Shown here piece by piece: positions 60,755-64,000 of a DNA stretch of 64,000 nt. Under the pieces are notes generated by a model that did no database searches, was not told where the DNA came from, and saw nothing but the letters and a program-made list of their open reading frames with translations. The position numbers and the translations under genes are program-made. The stretch's first letter is position 1. Each line of letters opens with the position of its first letter. This DNA is from Betaproteobacteria bacterium (GTDB lineage: Bacteria; Pseudomonadota; Gammaproteobacteria; Burkholderiales; SG8-39): positions 6,806-70,805 of the forward strand of contig JACQTO010000176.1 in NCBI GenBank assembly GCA_016210745.1, written 5' to 3'.

Positions 60755-63457
60755 TTGTCCCGCGCCCCGCATCGGCTGTTCGATAGTCTGCGCCCCTTCG
60801 ATGCGAAGGGGAAAACGCCCGGGCATTTCTATTCGCTTCCCGCGCTCGAGGCCGCCGGGCTCGGTCGGGTCTCGCGCCTGCCGGTGTCTCTGCGCGTCGT
60901 GCTCGAGTCCGTGCTTCGCCATGCCGACGGCGAGCGCATCACCGAGCAGCACGTGCGCCAGCTCGCGAACTGGAACCCCCGTGCGCCGCGGACCGACGAA
61001 ATCCCGTTCGTGGTATCGCGGATCATCGCTCCGGAAGCTTCGGGCATCCCGCTGCTCGCCGATCTCGCCGCCATGCGCGGTGTGGCTCAAAAGTTCGGGC
61101 GCTCGCCCGAGCTGATCGAGCCGCTCGTCCCGGTCGACCTGATCATCGATCACTCGCTGCAGGTGGATCGCGCCGGCTCGCCGGACGCGATGCGCCACAA
61201 CGTGGAATTGGAGTTCCGGCGCAACGGCGAGCGCTACACCTTCCTCAAGTGGGCGGCGCAGGCCTTTCGCTCCATCAAGATCCTGCCGCCGGGTGTCGGC
61301 ATCATCCACCAAGTGAACCTCGAGCATTGGGCCCGCGGGGTCTGGAGGAAGGACGGTCTCGTTTATCCCGACACGCTCGTGGGCGTGGATTCCCATACGC
61401 CGATGGTCAACGGCATCGGCGTGCTCGGCTGGGGCGTCGGCGGCATCGAGGCCGAAGCGGCCATGCTCGGCCAGCCCGTTTACTTCCTCACCCCGGACGT
61501 CATCGGCGTCGAACTCGTCGGCCGGCTTCGGCCCGGGGTCACCTCGACCGATCTGGTGCTCACGATCGTCGAGGTCCTGCGCCGAGCCAAGGTCGTCGGA
61601 AAATTCGTTGAGTTTTTCGGCGAGGGCGTTGCATCGCTGGCGGCGATGGATCGCGCAACCGTGGCGAACATGGCGCCGGAGTACGGCGCGACGGTCGCGT
61701 ACTTTCCCGTGGACGAGGAAACGATCGCCTACCTCGCTCAAGCGGGGCGGACTCAGGACGAGCTCGAAATCCTCGAGGCTTATTTCACGGCGCAACGGAT
61801 GTTCGGAATCCCCGCGCGCGGCGCCATCGATTACACGCAGGAGATTCGATTCGACCTTGCATCGGTCGTGCCCAGCGTGGCGGGCCCGCGGCGGCCGCAA
61901 GACCGCTTGGCGCTCGACGCATTGAAACCGGCTTTCAGCGAACTGTTCGAACGACCGATCGCGCAAGGCGGGTTCGGAAGATCGGCATCGGTTTCGGCGG
62001 AAGCGCCCACCGGCGCGGCCGCCCGTCCCTTGCGCCACGGCGACATCGTGATCGCCGCGATCGCCTCTTGCACCAATACGTCCAGTCCCGGCGTGATGCT
62101 CGCCGCGGGATTGCTCGCCAAGAAGGCGGTCCAGAAAGGATTGCGCGTCGCGCCCTGGGTCAAGTCCTCGCTTACGCCGGGTTCGCGCGTCGTGGCCGAG
62201 TACCTCCGCGAGGCCGGCCTGCAGCCGTATCTGGACCGGCTGGGTTTCAATGTGGCCGGTTTCGGCTGCGCCACGTGCGTCGGAAACTCAGGGCCGCTTC
62301 CGGCGACGATAGAAGAGGCCATCGTGCGCGATGATCTGATCGTCGCAGCAGTGCTCTCGGGCAACCGTAATTTCGAGGCCCGTATCCACCAGCAGATCAA
62401 GGCCAACTTCCTGATGAGTCCGCCCCTGGTGGTGGCATTCGCGATTGCCGGGCGAATCGATATCGACATGGCCACCGAACCGCTGGGCCCGGACGAGTCC
62501 GGCAAGCCCGTGTACCTGCGCGACGTATGGCCGAGCCCCGAAGAAATCGGCGCCGTCATGAACTACGCCCGCAAGCCGGAGACCTACCGGCGCCTGTACG
62601 CAAATGCCGCCCGCGAGAACGATCTCTGGAACCAGATGCCTGCCGCGGGCGGCGCGGTGTTTCCATGGGATGGCGCCTCCACCTATCTGCGCGAGCCGCC
62701 GTTCTTCGACGACTTCGAGATGACTCCAAGGGTTCGCCCAGGCATTGCCGGGGCCCGGATACTGGGGATCTTTGGCGATTCGGTCACCACCGATCACATC
62801 AGCCCCGGAGGCGCGATCAAGCCAAGCTCGCCGGCCGGCGGTTTTCTGCGCTCGCTCGGCGTAGCGGTCGACGATTTCAATACCTATATGGCACGCCGCG
62901 CCAATCACGAAGTCATGGTGCGCGGCACCCTGGCGAACGTGCGCATCAGAAATCTGATGGTCCCGGACTCCGAAGGAGGCATCACCCGACACTATCCCGG
63001 CGGAGAGCGAATGCCGATCTACGATGCGGCGATGGCTTACGCCAAGGAGAGGGTGCCGCTCGCCGTTTTCGCCGGAGAAGAGTATGGCACCGGGTCCAGC
63101 CGCGACTGGGCGGCCAAGGGGGTGCAGCTACTCGGGGTGCGCGCCCTGATCGCGCGCAGTTTCGAGCGCATTCACCGCAGCAACCTGGTCGGCATGGGTG
63201 TGCTGCCTTGCCAGTTCATGAATGACGATAGCGCTCAGTCGCTCGGACTGGACGGCAGCGAGACGCTCGACCTGCTCGGCATCGAAAACGGCATCGAGCC
63301 GCAGCAGACCGTACGGCTCATCGTTCGCCGCGCCGACGGATCGACCCGAGAGGCCATGCTGCGCGCGAGGATCGATACCCCGGTCGAAGCAGACCACTAC
63401 CGGCACGGCGGGATTTTGCCCTACGTGCTGAGGCGATTGTTATATACGGCGTCTTAA
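60755..63457 (+). CDS. AcnA-family aconitase-like hydratase with divergent active-site motifs
   Basis: [43 protein letters not shown]; TTG start. Confidence 0.9.
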   Translation: MSRAPHRLFDSLRPFDAKGKTPGHFYSLPALEAAGLGRVSRLPVSLRVVLESVLRHADGERITEQHVRQLANWNPRAPRTDEIPFVVSRIIAPEASGIPLLADLAAMRGVAQKFGRSPELIEPLVPVDLIIDHSLQVDRAGSPDAMRHNVELEFRRNGERYTFLKWAAQAFRSIKILPPGVGIIHQVNLEHWARGVWRKDGLVYPDTLVGVDSHTPMVNGIGVLGWGVGGIEAEAAMLGQPVYFLTPDVIGVELVGRLRPGVTSTDLVLTIVEVLRRAKVVGKFVEFFGEGVASLAAMDRATVANMAPEYGATVAYFPVDEETIAYLAQAGRTQDELEILEAYFTAQRMFGIPARGAIDYTQEIRFDLASVVPSVAGPRRPQDRLALDALKPAFSELFERPIAQGGFGRSASVSAEAPTGAAARPLRHGDIVIAAIASCTNTSSPGVMLAAGLLAKKAVQKGLRVAPWVKSSLTPGSRVVAEYLREAGLQPYLDRLGFNVAGFGCATCVGNSGPLPATIEEAIVRDDLIVAAVLSGNRNFEARIHQQIKANFLMSPPLVVAFAIAGRIDIDMATEPLGPDESGKPVYLRDVWPSPEEIGAVMNYARKPETYRRLYANAARENDLWNQMPAAGGAVFPWDGASTYLREPPFFDDFEMTPRVRPGIAGARILGIFGDSVTTDHISPGGAIKPSSPAGGFLRSLGVAVDDFNTYMARRANHEVMVRGTLANVRIRNLMVPDSEGGITRHYPGGERMPIYDAAMAYAKERVPLAVFAGEEYGTGSSRDWAAKGVQLLGVRALIARSFERIHRSNLVGMGVLPCQFMNDDSAQSLGLDGSETLDLLGIENGIEPQQTVRLIVRRADGSTREAMLRARIDTPVEADHYRHGGILPYVLRRLLYTAS

Positions 63458-63491
63458 GTCGTGTCGCATGGCACCAGCGAGAATCCCACCA

Positions 63492-63574
63492 GCGGACTTG
63501 CGCGCTGCGCGTGCCAACCGGGTTTCCTGTATGGATAAAGATCATCCATACAGGAAACCCGGTTACGGTTAACG
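63492..63574 (+). repeat. Repeat family C copy C2
   Basis: Perfect 21-bp stem AACCGGGTTTCCTGTATGGAT / ATCCATACAGGAAACCCGGTT. Confidence 0.85.
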
Positions 63575-63625
63575 ACAAGATTGAGGTTGGTTTTTATACG
63601 AGATCGCCGATTGCGCACGGATGTG

Positions 63626-63708
63626 AAAATGGGGTCAGAGTAACATTTCGTCAAAGCGATACCGCGTTGGTTCGATGCGCTTGGGAAATGTTACTCTGAC
63701 CCCATTTT
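63626..63708 (-). repeat. Repeat family B copy B5
   Basis: Same 24-bp arms; spacer is the reverse complement of the B2-type spacer. Confidence 0.93.
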
Positions 63709-63777
63709 CATGCGATCCGCGCGGACGGCTTCTCGTCCGCGCAACATCGCAACCCCAAGAATAGCGAGAGACGCACG

Positions 63778-64000
63778 ATGACCAGCCAATTCGATAAGGC
63801 GACTGCAGAGCGCGACGCCGCAGGTGCGAACACGCGCGCGGCAGGAATGCCGCAACGAAGAATTCCCGCGGTGTATATGCGCGGCGGGACGAGCAAAGGC
63901 GTTTTTTTCCGCGCCGATTCGCTGCCGGTCGATGCGCGCGATCGCGATCGGCTGCTGCTGCGAGTGATCGGCAGCCCGGACCCCTACGGCAAGCAAATCG
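63778..64000 (+). CDS. prpF: PrpF family (methylaconitate cis-trans isomerase), N-terminal part
   Basis: Manual translation MPQRRIPAVYMRGGTSKGVFF...LLRVIGSPDPYGKQI; start at 63778 or 63847. Confidence 0.9.
   Translation, partial: MTSQFDKATAERDAAGANTRAAGMPQRRIPAVYMRGGTSKGVFFRADSLPVDARDRDRLLLRVIGSPDPYGKQI

Noticed and set aside
63510-63570. Family C (AAC…GTT ends) as an integron attC site
   Set aside because: The ends TGCCAAC/GTTACGG do not fit RYYYAAC/GTTRRRY, the stem lacks extrahelical bases, and there is no integrase or cassette array.

Overview
GC-rich (roughly 65% by eye) chromosomal segment whose gene order (suhB-trmJ-cysE-iscRSUA-hscBA-fdx-iscX; mfd divergent from ispD-ispF; several Bug/TctC receptors) points to a Betaproteobacterium (inference). 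Contents in order: hydantoinase/oxoprolinase A and B genes, two Bug receptors, TauE plus partner, a collapsed type III R-M remnant carrying a toxin-antitoxin pair, a peptide ABC operon split by an antisense TRAP receptor, a TPR/GT41 glycosyltransferase, the isc cluster with IscR boxes, an 848-aa coiled-coil membrane protein, trpB2, a multi-PAS kinase, an IS110-family (IS1111-type) element, mfd/ispDF/thpR, a hemerythrin with three kinases, RidA, three tandem Bcr/CflA pumps, vapBC, a CsgG-SH3 protein and prpB-aconitase-prpF. The most notable signal is non-coding. (1) The IS1111-type element has definable ends, and its downstream non-coding region contains short segments matching both its reconstructed target and its own circle junction, as expected of a bridge/seekRNA; it sits at the edge of a palindromic repeat (family C). 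(2) At least five families of short palindromic repeats, about 20 copies, cluster and nest in intergenic regions. Family A (about 145-157 bp) has a 21-23 bp stem with compensatory changes between copies and a TTRG/TYAG tetramer at both ends. Family B (82-85 bp) supplies stop codons to two genes and brackets the coiled-coil gene. All assignments come from reading motifs by eye; no database searches were run.
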